64,000 nt of DNA, taken from assembly GCA_965232825.1 (NCBI GenBank), contig OZ247429.1, positions 1,568,585-1,632,584 on the forward strand. The letters are read 5' to 3'. Below the pieces are notes generated by a model. It saw only the letters and a list, made by a program, of their open reading frames with translations. It had not been told where the DNA came from and did not search any database. A program made the translations under genes and the position numbers. Of the stretch, positions 26,151 to 35,183 are shown in pieces. Every line of letters begins with the position of its first letter. The first letter of the stretch is position 1. Origin of the DNA: Dehalococcoidia bacterium. GTDB lineage: Bacteria; Chloroflexota; Dehalococcoidia; Lucifugimonadales; Lucifugimonadaceae.

Positions 26151-26977
26151 CCCGATCCGTTCATCACTTCTATCAACTTGTCATGTGCACGTGGCCATCC
26201 GGCCACCAATATCGGAATTTCATCGTTACGCGACCAATCGATTGGTTGACCTACGCCATTAGTAACCTTCGCACCGAGCATCATCGCCGCGAGCGATCCC
26301 GCAGCAACGTGCATCGGTTCGATCCGATAAAACACCACCGCAGCCATCCGACTGGTGGCCACGAGCAACAATGGATACGCCGCTGACGAGAAACTGTTCG
26401 CCTGACGTACGTGAGTAACCCAATCCAGACCACCGGAATCCAACAGCAAACGCCACACCTCCTGTCCATCCACCTCAAGACCAACCACCGCGTCGCCCAG
26501 ATGTCGATCCCGATCAGTAATCTGCAACGGTTCGCCGTTCAACTTCACCCCGGCACGCATCTCCGCTGTCAACAACGTTCCGCTAGACGGTACAGCCAGA
26601 GCCGACAACACCAACTCTCCTTCGGTTCGCATCGCGATGTTTACGCCCCAGTGATTCATCCCTGTGCTGAACGGAACCGTTCCACACAAGGGATCGATGA
26701 GCCACTCGATCTTCCGCTCAGCTTCGACAACCGCGTCTCCCAAATCGACAGTGCTCTCTTCTGAAAGTATCTCGCCACCGCAACCCGAATCTCTGAGTGC
26801 GGACGCGATCGCTTGATCCGATTCGAGATCCGCCTCCGTCACCAATGCCCCAGGCGATTTTTCCCAACTCTGTAGGTTTTGAATCCCGGCATTGAACCGA
26901 ACCATCAAAACTTCGCTCGCCACGTTCGCAGCCGTTATCGCCGCTTCCATGTGTTCGCTGTATGCGCTGAGTCTCAT
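26147..26977 (-). CDS. Inositol-monophosphatase-fold protein with non-canonical metal-site residues
   Basis: 276 aa with VTEADLESD, ILSEES, WLIDPLCGT (canonical DPxDGT) and PMHVAAGS (canonical WDxAAG). Its stop overlaps the convergent kinase stop (CTAG at 26147-26150). Confidence 0.75.
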   Translation of the reverse strand: MRLSAYSEHMEAAITAANVASEVLMVRFNAGIQNLQSWEKSPGALVTEADLESDQAIASALRDSGCGGEILSEESTVDLGDAVVEAERKIEWLIDPLCGTVPFSTGMNHWGVNIAMRTEGELVLSALAVPSSGTLLTAEMRAGVKLNGEPLQITDRDRHLGDAVVGLEVDGQEVWRLLLDSGGLDWVTHVRQANSFSSAAYPLLLVATSRMAAVVFYRIEPMHVAAGSLAAMMLGAKVTNGVGQPIDWSRNDEIPILVAGWPRAHDKLIEVMNGSG

Positions 26978-27069
26978 GCCATCGTCCAGTCGATTCTCGA
27001 ATGTGTAGTACCATTCTCAATGAATATCGTCCTCGATTCCAACTGGGCGATTAGGAGTGGCCCTACCTA

Positions 27070-27864
27070 ATGTTTGCGACTATCGGACACACTTTCGAAT
27101 TGATGAAGATGAGTTGGAACGTCCTCATGATGGACCGCGAACTCATCCTCTTCCCCGTTCTATCCGGAATTGGTCTACTCATCCTCGGATTCGCGGGTTT
27201 GGCGGTTGGGGTGGCTGATACCGGAAACTTGATCGGTTTCTTGGTGATGATCCTCATCGCATACTTCATAACCACTTTCTTCAACGCCGCACTCATCTCC
27301 GCCGCACTCGAAAGGCTTCGTGGTGGCGACCCTAACGTCATGTCCGGCTTGAACCACGCCGCAAAACACATCCACCACATCTTTCTCTGGTCCGTAATCT
27401 CCGCCATCGTCGGAACCTTATTCCGAGTCCTCAGGTCTCAGACCGACAACTTCCTCGTTCAGATGATTTACAGCATGATCGAAGGCGTTTGGGAATTCAT
27501 GACCTTCTTCGTGATCCCGGTCATGGTCTCCGAGAACGAAGGCCCGATAACCAGCATTAGGCGCTCCGCCAACATCATTCGGCAGACTTGGGGGCGCCAA
27601 ATTACCGCATCCTTCGGCTTCTTCATCGTCTACATCTTGGCAATCGTAGCCGCAGCCATACCGGCGATACTGCTCTTCTTGATTGTGCCGGTGGTTGGAA
27701 TCATCGTCGGGGTATTGCTCGTAGGACTGGCGTTTGCTACTGTGCAAGCTTTGGAAGGCGTCTTCAAAGCTGCGCTCTACGACTTCGCAGTCGGCGAGCA
27801 ACCTGAAGGGTTCGACCTACGAACGCTCCAGACCGCGTACCGCCCCGATTACGCTAGGGCCTAA
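27070..27864 (+). CDS. Integral membrane protein (DUF6159-like)
   Basis: 264 aa with ~6 TM segments. The N-terminus MFATIGHTFELMKMSWNVLMMDRELILFPVLSG resembles the DUF6159 family as I recall it. Confidence 0.5.
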   Translation: MFATIGHTFELMKMSWNVLMMDRELILFPVLSGIGLLILGFAGLAVGVADTGNLIGFLVMILIAYFITTFFNAALISAALERLRGGDPNVMSGLNHAAKHIHHIFLWSVISAIVGTLFRVLRSQTDNFLVQMIYSMIEGVWEFMTFFVIPVMVSENEGPITSIRRSANIIRQTWGRQITASFGFFIVYILAIVAAAIPAILLFLIVPVVGIIVGVLLVGLAFATVQALEGVFKAALYDFAVGEQPEGFDLRTLQTAYRPDYARA

Positions 27865-27944
27865 TCTCCGTTGCACATTCGTGATCGTCTCGGTCGTCGA
27901 TCAAATCTCGCCGCTTCGCCGATCCGCGCCCGATTAAGATTCGT

Positions 27945-29099
27945 ATGTATCCCTGCGCCTTAAGCACTATCCAGCCAAGATCGCCAATGCTCCAAAACAG
28001 TACAACATTCTCGAAGATTCGAACCGGGGCCATCATCCTTGCCGTAGTCGTTGGCATCCTCGCCGGAACGCTAGCAACTCGGGTATCCGCGCACGAGGGG
28101 CGTGACGTAGGTGACTACAACTTCGTCGTAGGCTTCCTGCGTGAACCTGCATATGAAGGCCAACTCAACGCCGTCTCCTTGGTCGTCACCAAAACATCAA
28201 CCGAGGATGCAATGGAAACACATCGCATGGAAGCCGAAGATGGTGACCACGAGATGACCTCGATGATGGAGACCGATGCCGTCGACGTGATCACTCATGG
28301 CGTAGTATTCACCTCCCCACAATTCGGCTCGATGGAGAATTTTGAGTTCGAAGTCACGGAAGAACTGAGCGGCGTCGAAATCCCCTACCATGTGCACCCA
28401 GGCGACCAAGAGGGTATCATCGTAGTCTCTTCGGACGCGTCGCATCAAGGCGAAGACCGGTCCGTCATGATCATTGACGATCATCTAATGCCCGCTAGGC
28501 TCGAAGCGAACATCGGCGACAAAGTTGTTTGGATGAACCATGAGAGCCAAAACGCTGTCGTCATGAGCGGCCCTCTATCGTCTATGACGACGATGATGAG
28601 CGACGAAACTCCATCCGCAACCGCTGAAACCGCCACCACAAGAGTGCGGGTCACGGGCCTCGCATCTACGTTGAAGGTAGAGGTCTACCATCTTCCAACC
28701 GATGCCGCACGCGAGATGTCACTTACGGAGATGTTCGCCGACCCAGGCCACTATGTAGCTGAATTTGTTCCCACCGCACCGGGCGACTACAGCATGAGAT
28801 TCTTCGGCTCCATCGACGGTAATGCCATCGACGAAACTTTTTACTCAGGGCCGAACACTTTTGACACCGTGGTTGCATCCGACGCGATCCAATTCCCGGT
28901 CGTCTTGGAAAGCAATCGTGAGATCCAAAACGCGACCAAAGGGGCGATCGACGCGGTTCAACAGGTTGAAACAGACCTAGAAGCTATCGCATCGACGGCA
29001 AATACTGGAATCATCATTGGGATCATAGGGATTCTGATTGGCATCGTCGCGACTGGCACTAGCGCGTTCGCCATCACCGTTACCAGAAGACGCAACTGA
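27945..29099 (+). CDS. Exported, C-terminally anchored Met/His-rich protein with cupredoxin-like insert (putative copper-binding)
   Basis: It has a signal/anchor (TGAIILAVVVGILAGTLATRVSAHEG) and Met/His clusters METHRMEAEDGDHEMTSMMETD and SSMTTMMSDE. The segment IIDDHLMPARLEANIGDKVVWMNHESQNAVVMSG looks like a cupredoxin strand pattern. There is a C-terminal TM (GIIIGIIGILIGIVATGTSAFAI). The start may be Met at 27987. Confidence 0.55.
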   Translation: MYPCALSTIQPRSPMLQNSTTFSKIRTGAIILAVVVGILAGTLATRVSAHEGRDVGDYNFVVGFLREPAYEGQLNAVSLVVTKTSTEDAMETHRMEAEDGDHEMTSMMETDAVDVITHGVVFTSPQFGSMENFEFEVTEELSGVEIPYHVHPGDQEGIIVVSSDASHQGEDRSVMIIDDHLMPARLEANIGDKVVWMNHESQNAVVMSGPLSSMTTMMSDETPSATAETATTRVRVTGLASTLKVEVYHLPTDAAREMSLTEMFADPGHYVAEFVPTAPGDYSMRFFGSIDGNAIDETFYSGPNTFDTVVASDAIQFPVVLESNREIQNATKGAIDAVQQVETDLEAIASTANTGIIIGIIGILIGIVATGTSAFAITVTRRRN

Positions 29100-29127
29100 C
29101 ACCGAACGTACCTGCGGGACTGACCAT

Positions 29128-29322
29128 ATGACTAAAATCCTGCTTCACGGTGCCGTCGGATATTGGGATGAAATCGGGACCGTTGTCGCCATCATCTCGT
29201 TCGTCATTCTCATGAGTTTCTTGGCATGGTCCAGTGGCAACAAACGACGCAAAGCACAGCAGGAGCGCCGACGGCGGCGACTGCGTCAACTTCGGTCCGA
29301 GAGCGCTAACGACGAGGAATGA
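29128..29322 (+). CDS. Small single-TM protein with highly basic tail (hypothetical)
   Basis: ATG at 29128 gives MTKILLHGAVGYWDEIGTVVAIISFVILMSFLAWSSGNKRRKAQQERRRRRLRQLR... It lies between the two copper-locus genes. Confidence 0.35.
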   Translation: MTKILLHGAVGYWDEIGTVVAIISFVILMSFLAWSSGNKRRKAQQERRRRRLRQLRSESANDEE

Positions 29323-29325
29323 CCC

Positions 29326-31641
29326 TTGCCCATGACCCCTCGGATGCGCAAGTCCCTCAAGCTGATCGTCATTTTTGCGTTCATCGCCTGTTTCGCAACC
29401 ATATTCATTAACCAGTCCGCGTCCGCACACGCCAACCTCCTCGAAGCATCGCCCAAACCTTCCGAAGAACTGGAAATCGCGCCGGAACGCGTGATCATTT
29501 GGTTCACTGAACCCATAGAACCCGCGTTCAGTTCGATTTTGGTCTTGGCCACCTCCGGCGCAACCGTAACCGTCGGCGACACTGAGTTCGATCCCACCGA
29601 ACCCACCGCTATGTGGGTTCCCGTCGCTCCTCTCGAAAATGGCACGTACACCGTCGTATGGCGCAACGTCTCTACGGTCGATGGTCACAAAGTCGCTGGT
29701 TCATTCCTCTTCGCCGTCGGCGAACCGATTGGCGCTGGAACACAGGTCGACATCGCGGAACAACCCCTGATCCAATCTCCCTTGGACCCGATCGTCCGCT
29801 GGATCATCTACGTCGGTATAGCCACATTCGCCGGCGGCCTCCTATTTGATCTCGTCATCGCCACTCGCGTAGCTCGCGCCGCAGACGATAGATCAGTCCT
29901 GCTGTTCACGCAAATCGCGACCATCAGTTTCGGATTCATCGCCATCGCATCTGTTGTTGTCGTAGTACTCGCACAACTCGCACAGTTGGCACTCCAAACC
30001 GCGATCGCATTCGATGTACCAATTCACGCCATCGGCCCCGGCCAAATGGTCGACGTAGCTACTGAAAGCGATTGGGGACGGTACTGGTCGTGGCGTATCA
30101 CCGCCGCCGTCCTAGCGGGATTGGCATTGTTCGCAGCGATTCAACTCAGAAGAGATGATCCGTATACACGGAAGGCCGAAGACCTAGAAGAAATGTCTCT
30201 GATTACGGAGACTCCGATGGGCATCGGCGCAATCGCACTCGGCGCGATATACCTCCTGCTCATCGCTCTCACCAGTCACAACGCCGCTACTCCCGACGAC
30301 ATCCGATGGTTCGCCATCGGGACGGATCTTATCCACGTCGTCGCAGCAACCGTCTGGATCGGCGGGATCGCGTATCTCCTCATGGCATCCGTCATCACTG
30401 CTCGTGTACCCGATTTACGCTCATCCTCGGTGCATCTCGAGTTCGCCGCCCGGTTCGCGCCGTGGGCAATCTTCGCTGTCACCATATTGGTCGCATCGGG
30501 CATCGTTTCATCCCTCATGCAGGTCACGATACCCGAGGCTCTCAACACCCCGTACGGCCGCGTACTTGGCGCCAAGATCTTGCTCCTAGTCGTGTTAATC
30601 GCATTGGCGATTCGCAATAACCGCTCCGTCGCAAAATCCTCGACTGCCGACAAGGCAGCCACGACATCGTTTCGTCGTTTCGTCGCGCTCGAACTCGGAG
30701 TTGCCTTCGTAGTCCTCCTCGCAACAGCGGGCCTCGCCAGCCTGGAACCTGCGAGGCAATACGCTGAACGACAAGGCATCGGCGTCGCCCGCGACGTCAG
30801 GCACTCCGAAACCATCTCGGGCGCAACTATCGAAGCAAAACTAGATCCCGGAAACACGGGCGCAAACACCCTGACGGTTGACATCACCGACGAAGACGGC
30901 TCACCGTTCCTCTTCGCAACCGAGGTTCGCGCTCGCATCAAATACCTCGACGACGAATTCGGAGAATACTTCACCCCGCTCATCGAACGATCGCTCGGTC
31001 ACTGGCGGCTCGATGACATCACCATCGGCATTGCTGGCGCATATCAGCTCGACGTCACCGTCGTCAGATCCGACTCCTTCGATTCCCACATCTCCACCCG
31101 CTTCTCAGCCACATCAACTACGTTCGCGTCGGACCTCATTCGGCCTTCCGTCAAATCGGCCATGGTCGCTTTTGGCGTCCTCATCGCCATCGCCGGGCTC
31201 GCTTATCTTGTCGCCACCGTGATAATCGCCAAACCCGTATCGCTCACCATTCACCCCCACTACAGCGTCTCCGCCGTCGCAATCACCATCGGCATCTTCG
31301 CCATCCTCAACGCATTCATCACCGGGATAGGGATTCCAGCCGAAAGCCAAGGCAACCCATTCCCTCTGAACCAAGAATCCATTCAAACTGGCCAAGCCAC
31401 ATACTCCACCGCCTGCGCCACCTGCCACGGCGACACGGGCAAAGGCGACGGCCCCGCCGGCCTGCTTCTAAACCCGCAGCCAGCCGACCTAGCAGTCCAC
31501 GTCCCCCTCCACTCCGACACCGAACTCTACAACTTCATTTCCGACGGCATCGAAGGCACACCGATGGTCGCCCAACGCGACACCCTAACCCCCGACCAAA
31601 TCTGGCACCTTGTCAACTACATCCGCACGATATCTGAGTAA
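29326..31641 (+). CDS. CopC-CopD fusion with extra Ig-like (YtkA/FixH-like) domain and C-terminal cytochrome c
   Basis: The CopC domain starts at the mature N-terminus (SAHANLLEASPKP...GTYTVVWRNVSTVDGHKVAG). A multi-TM CopD-like region follows, then a soluble beta-rich segment (..TIEAKLDPGNTGANTLTVDITDEDG..) and two more TMs. The class I cytochrome c motif CATCHG sits at 31414-31431. The likely start is ATG 29332 or 29344 (track start is TTG). Confidence 0.8.
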   Translation: MPMTPRMRKSLKLIVIFAFIACFATIFINQSASAHANLLEASPKPSEELEIAPERVIIWFTEPIEPAFSSILVLATSGATVTVGDTEFDPTEPTAMWVPVAPLENGTYTVVWRNVSTVDGHKVAGSFLFAVGEPIGAGTQVDIAEQPLIQSPLDPIVRWIIYVGIATFAGGLLFDLVIATRVARAADDRSVLLFTQIATISFGFIAIASVVVVVLAQLAQLALQTAIAFDVPIHAIGPGQMVDVATESDWGRYWSWRITAAVLAGLALFAAIQLRRDDPYTRKAEDLEEMSLITETPMGIGAIALGAIYLLLIALTSHNAATPDDIRWFAIGTDLIHVVAATVWIGGIAYLLMASVITARVPDLRSSSVHLEFAARFAPWAIFAVTILVASGIVSSLMQVTIPEALNTPYGRVLGAKILLLVVLIALAIRNNRSVAKSSTADKAATTSFRRFVALELGVAFVVLLATAGLASLEPARQYAERQGIGVARDVRHSETISGATIEAKLDPGNTGANTLTVDITDEDGSPFLFATEVRARIKYLDDEFGEYFTPLIERSLGHWRLDDITIGIAGAYQLDVTVVRSDSFDSHISTRFSATSTTFASDLIRPSVKSAMVAFGVLIAIAGLAYLVATVIIAKPVSLTIHPHYSVSAVAITIGIFAILNAFITGIGIPAESQGNPFPLNQESIQTGQATYSTACATCHGDTGKGDGPAGLLLNPQPADLAVHVPLHSDTELYNFISDGIEGTPMVAQRDTLTPDQIWHLVNYIRTISE

Positions 31642-31653
31642 GCGACTCGGAGA

Positions 31654-32874
31654 TTAACCTGCTTGAGCCGCTCCCGAAGCGATCAATTCCTCAATCTCCG
31701 TTTCATTGAACCCCGACTCCGCTAGCACCTCGCGCGTGTGTTGACCCATTAGCGGCGCCGGACTGTGTATCCGCCCTGGCGACCCATACAACTTCGCCGC
31801 CAAACCGATATTCCGGATTGATCCCACCTTTGGATGCTCCAAAGTTACATCCATCCCGCGCGCCTGAACCTGCTCATCCGCCCATACCTGCTTCATGTTG
31901 TATATCGGCCCCGCCGGCACGCCTGACGCGTCCAAAACTTCACACCACGCCCTCGTCGACCGCTTTCCGAATGTCTCCTCCAAGTCCTTCTCCAACGCCT
32001 CTCGATTCAACAAGCGACCAGCATTGTCTGCATACCTCTCATCCTCGAGCAAATCCTCCCGACCAATCGCTTGGCACAACCGCTCCCAATTCGATTGATT
32101 TGGAGCGCCGATCGTGATGTGACCGTCCGCCGTACGCAACGCCTGGTACGGTGCCGACAACCGATGTGCCGATCCCAACGGCGGCGGAACGTTGCCAGTT
32201 GCAAAATAACTCGCCGACTCCCACACCGTGTACGCCAAGGCCGCCTCCATTATGCTGACTTCCAAATACTGCCCCTCGCCCGACTTCAACTTGTGGATGT
32301 ACGCCGACAGTATCCCGTACGCCGAGTACAAACCAGCATTCAGGTCCGCCATCGGGACGCCGACCTTGACCGGAGGCGATCCCGGAATTCCCGTGAAACT
32401 CATCACCCCGCTCATGCCCTGCGCGATCAGATCAAAACCCGCACGCTCCGCATACGGTCCCGTCCGACCAAATCCAGATATCGAGCAGTAGATGATGCCC
32501 GGATTCAACTCACGCACCGAGTCGTAATCCAGACCCAATCGGCCCATTACACCGGCCCGGTAGTTCTCGATAATCACATCAGCATCGGCCAACATCCGAC
32601 GCATCGCCGCAACGCCATCTGCGTGCTTGAAGTCCAAAACCACGCTGCGCTTGTTCCGGTTCATCGCCAGGAACGCAGCCGATTCCCCTTCTAAGAATGG
32701 CGGTCCCATCCGTCGCGTGTCATCACCGCCACTAGGCTTCTCTATCTTCACCACATCCGCACCCATGTCCGCCAACAGCATAGAACAGTATGGACCCGCC
32801 AAAATCTGCGAACAGTCCAGTACCTTGATGCCGTCCAACGGCGTCGGCAACGAACCGACCTTAGGCAATTCCAT
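31654..32874 (-). CDS. Family III CoA-transferase (CaiB/BaiF type)
   Basis: 406 aa with PLDGIKVLDCSQILAGPYCSMLLADMGADVVKIE, ENYRAGVMGRLGLDY and the catalytic Asp context (GFDLIAQGMSG). Confidence 0.88.
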   Translation of the reverse strand: MELPKVGSLPTPLDGIKVLDCSQILAGPYCSMLLADMGADVVKIEKPSGGDDTRRMGPPFLEGESAAFLAMNRNKRSVVLDFKHADGVAAMRRMLADADVIIENYRAGVMGRLGLDYDSVRELNPGIIYCSISGFGRTGPYAERAGFDLIAQGMSGVMSFTGIPGSPPVKVGVPMADLNAGLYSAYGILSAYIHKLKSGEGQYLEVSIMEAALAYTVWESASYFATGNVPPPLGSAHRLSAPYQALRTADGHITIGAPNQSNWERLCQAIGREDLLEDERYADNAGRLLNREALEKDLEETFGKRSTRAWCEVLDASGVPAGPIYNMKQVWADEQVQARGMDVTLEHPKVGSIRNIGLAAKLYGSPGRIHSPAPLMGQHTREVLAESGFNETEIEELIASGAAQAG

Positions 32875-32925
32875 CGCTGCTCATACCCTCAGCTGATTCG
32901 ATCCGAACCCTACCGACCGCGCTAA

Positions 32926-34131
32926 CTACGCCCCGGCCATCTGATAGATCTTGCCTTCCGTCTTGATCGCCGGTGCATACACCATCCGTGCCCCGTGCAT
33001 CCCCCGGAGCGTCTCCGCCCCTACGTATCCCATGCAAACCTGCAAGGCTCCTACCAAATTCAACGTTCCGTCCGATGTCGACGACGGCCCGAACAACAGA
33101 TCCTGCAGCGAATACTGGACGCCCAGATCAATGCGCGTACCCCGCGGAAGTGAATCGTGCCAAGTCGCCATACCCCAATGCATACCGCTTGCCGGCGCTT
33201 CTTCCGTCTTGGCGAAGGGACTCCCGATCATTACCGCATCGGCGCCACACGCCACCGATTTGCAAACGTCACCCCCGGTCCGAATCCCTCCATCCGTAAC
33301 GATCGAAACATACCGCCCTGTCTCCTTGAAATACGCGTCCCGCGCCGCAACACACTCCATCGTCGCGGACACCTGCGGCACGCCGATCCCCAACACCTCC
33401 CGGCTCGTACACGCCGAACCCGGGCCAACCCCAACCAGGATCCCGTGCACTCCCTCTTCCGCCAACTCCTTAGTCACCGAATAAGTCACCGTATTCCCGA
33501 CCACCACCGGAACTCCAACATCCGCCACCAATTCTGCCAGTCGCAATCCTATCGGGCTGTTCTTCGATCGATGCCTTTTCGTGATCACTGTCCCCTGCAC
33601 GACCACCATGTCCGCTCCGGCATCCGCCGCCAACGGTGCATGGCGCTTCGCCGTCTGCGGCACGAACGACACCGCCGCCTTCCCGCCACTCTCTTTGACC
33701 TCAACAACTCGCTGACCCACCAACCGAGGATCTATCGGTTTCGAATAGACCTTCTGCAACAACTCCGTAGCCTCGTCACGCGCAACCGCCGCAATATCTG
33801 CGTAGATCTCATCCGTGTCCTCATAACGCGTATGCAGGCCATCCATGTTCATCACCGCAACGCCACCGGCATCTGACATCTTCACCGCGAATTTTGTGTC
33901 CACCACGCTATCCATCGCCGACGCCATGAACGGAATATCGATACCAAAGCCGTCGAAACTTGTCGACACATCCGTCATGTCCGGATTAACCGTCTCGTCT
34001 CCAGGCACGATCGCTACATCGTCGTAACCGTACGCCGGAGGGAGGGTTTGCGTTCCGATGGGTAACTGCATATCTTCAGAGACTCCTCTGTTGGTGACCT
34101 GTTCGCACACTATCTCCTTTGCCGTCCCCAC
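32926..34131 (-). CDS. IMP-dehydrogenase-related protein lacking CBS insert (GuaB3-like)
   Basis: TIM-barrel IMPDH blocks are present (YGYDDVAIVPGDETVNP, FMASAMDSVV, VGPGSACTSREVLGIGVPQ, DGGIRTGGDVCKSVACGADAVMIGS), but there is no Bateman domain. The start may be the internal Met at 34071. Confidence 0.8.
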   Translation of the reverse strand: MGTAKEIVCEQVTNRGVSEDMQLPIGTQTLPPAYGYDDVAIVPGDETVNPDMTDVSTSFDGFGIDIPFMASAMDSVVDTKFAVKMSDAGGVAVMNMDGLHTRYEDTDEIYADIAAVARDEATELLQKVYSKPIDPRLVGQRVVEVKESGGKAAVSFVPQTAKRHAPLAADAGADMVVVQGTVITKRHRSKNSPIGLRLAELVADVGVPVVVGNTVTYSVTKELAEEGVHGILVGVGPGSACTSREVLGIGVPQVSATMECVAARDAYFKETGRYVSIVTDGGIRTGGDVCKSVACGADAVMIGSPFAKTEEAPASGMHWGMATWHDSLPRGTRIDLGVQYSLQDLLFGPSSTSDGTLNLVGALQVCMGYVGAETLRGMHGARMVYAPAIKTEGKIYQMAGA

Positions 34132-34298
34132 GCTCCAACTCGCCCCGCGCGTCCAAAATTGAAGACGTCCTCGAACGCCTATCGAACCGAGTATGCCTGA
34201 AGCGATCCAAATCTAATGCGATACTGTGATTCAACTCATTATCGCAGAAAACACCTCTCTCCGTGGCATCACCGACACCCGAATCCGAACTCCCATAA

Positions 34299-35183
34299 TT
34301 GGTACTCGAAAACTCCAAGATCGGAATTATCGGCGCCGGCAAACTCGGTTCGTCTCTTGCCGCTACGCTCCTCGCTCACGACCAGAACATCGCCATCTCC
34401 TCAAGACGCGCGGAGCGTCGAGATTGGCTGCGCGACGAGTTTCCCAACCTCGATGTCGTGGATGAATACACTCAGATTACCGAGGATGCCAAGATCGTCT
34501 TCATCACCACCTCCGACTCTGCCATTAAAGAAGTCTGCGACAGTATTGATTGGAAATCTCGCCATTGGGTCATCCACTGCTCCGGTGTTTTAACCCTCGA
34601 CGTCCTTGAAACCGCCAAAAGTGCTGGTGCATCCGTCGCTGGATTCCATCCCCTCCAAACCTTCCCGGTTGACGGCGCCCACAACCTTTTCGATGAAATC
34701 TCATATGCCATAGACTGCAACGACGAAGACCTACATTCATGGCTACAAAACTTCGCCAAGACTCACCGAAGCCGTACCTTCGCGATCGAAGGCGAAACCG
34801 CCCATGCCGCCTACCACGCATCCGCGGTTTTGGCATGTGGACTCCTCGCCGGTCTCATCGGAATCTCCGCCGAACTTTGGGAATCAGCCGGCATCGAACG
34901 CAATCGAGCTCTCAAAATGCTCTCTCCGATGCTCCAATCAACCATCGATGCCATCACCCGAGACGGACTTCCAGACGCCATATCCGGCCCGTACGTCCGC
35001 GGAGACCTCGAAACAATCCGCAAACATCTCCAAACCACCGCACAGATCAATCATGATACCTCCCGCGCCTACGCCGCCCTCGCTCTCGCTCAAATCGACA
35101 TCGCCAACGAAAAAGGCAATCTAAACACCGATACCATCAATGCCGTCAAACACGCGCTGACCGAACACCTGACGTCCCTATGA
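34299..35183 (+). CDS. Rossmann-fold + DUF2520-type oxidoreductase (PanG-like ketopantoate-reductase family candidate)
   Basis: It has the N-terminal dinucleotide fold KIGIIGAGKLGSSLAATL, then VIHCSGVL...GFHPLQTF, and a C-terminal helical domain. The stop overlaps the next start (ATGA). Confidence 0.6.
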   Translation: MVLENSKIGIIGAGKLGSSLAATLLAHDQNIAISSRRAERRDWLRDEFPNLDVVDEYTQITEDAKIVFITTSDSAIKEVCDSIDWKSRHWVIHCSGVLTLDVLETAKSAGASVAGFHPLQTFPVDGAHNLFDEISYAIDCNDEDLHSWLQNFAKTHRSRTFAIEGETAHAAYHASAVLACGLLAGLIGISAELWESAGIERNRALKMLSPMLQSTIDAITRDGLPDAISGPYVRGDLETIRKHLQTTAQINHDTSRAYAALALAQIDIANEKGNLNTDTINAVKHALTEHLTSL

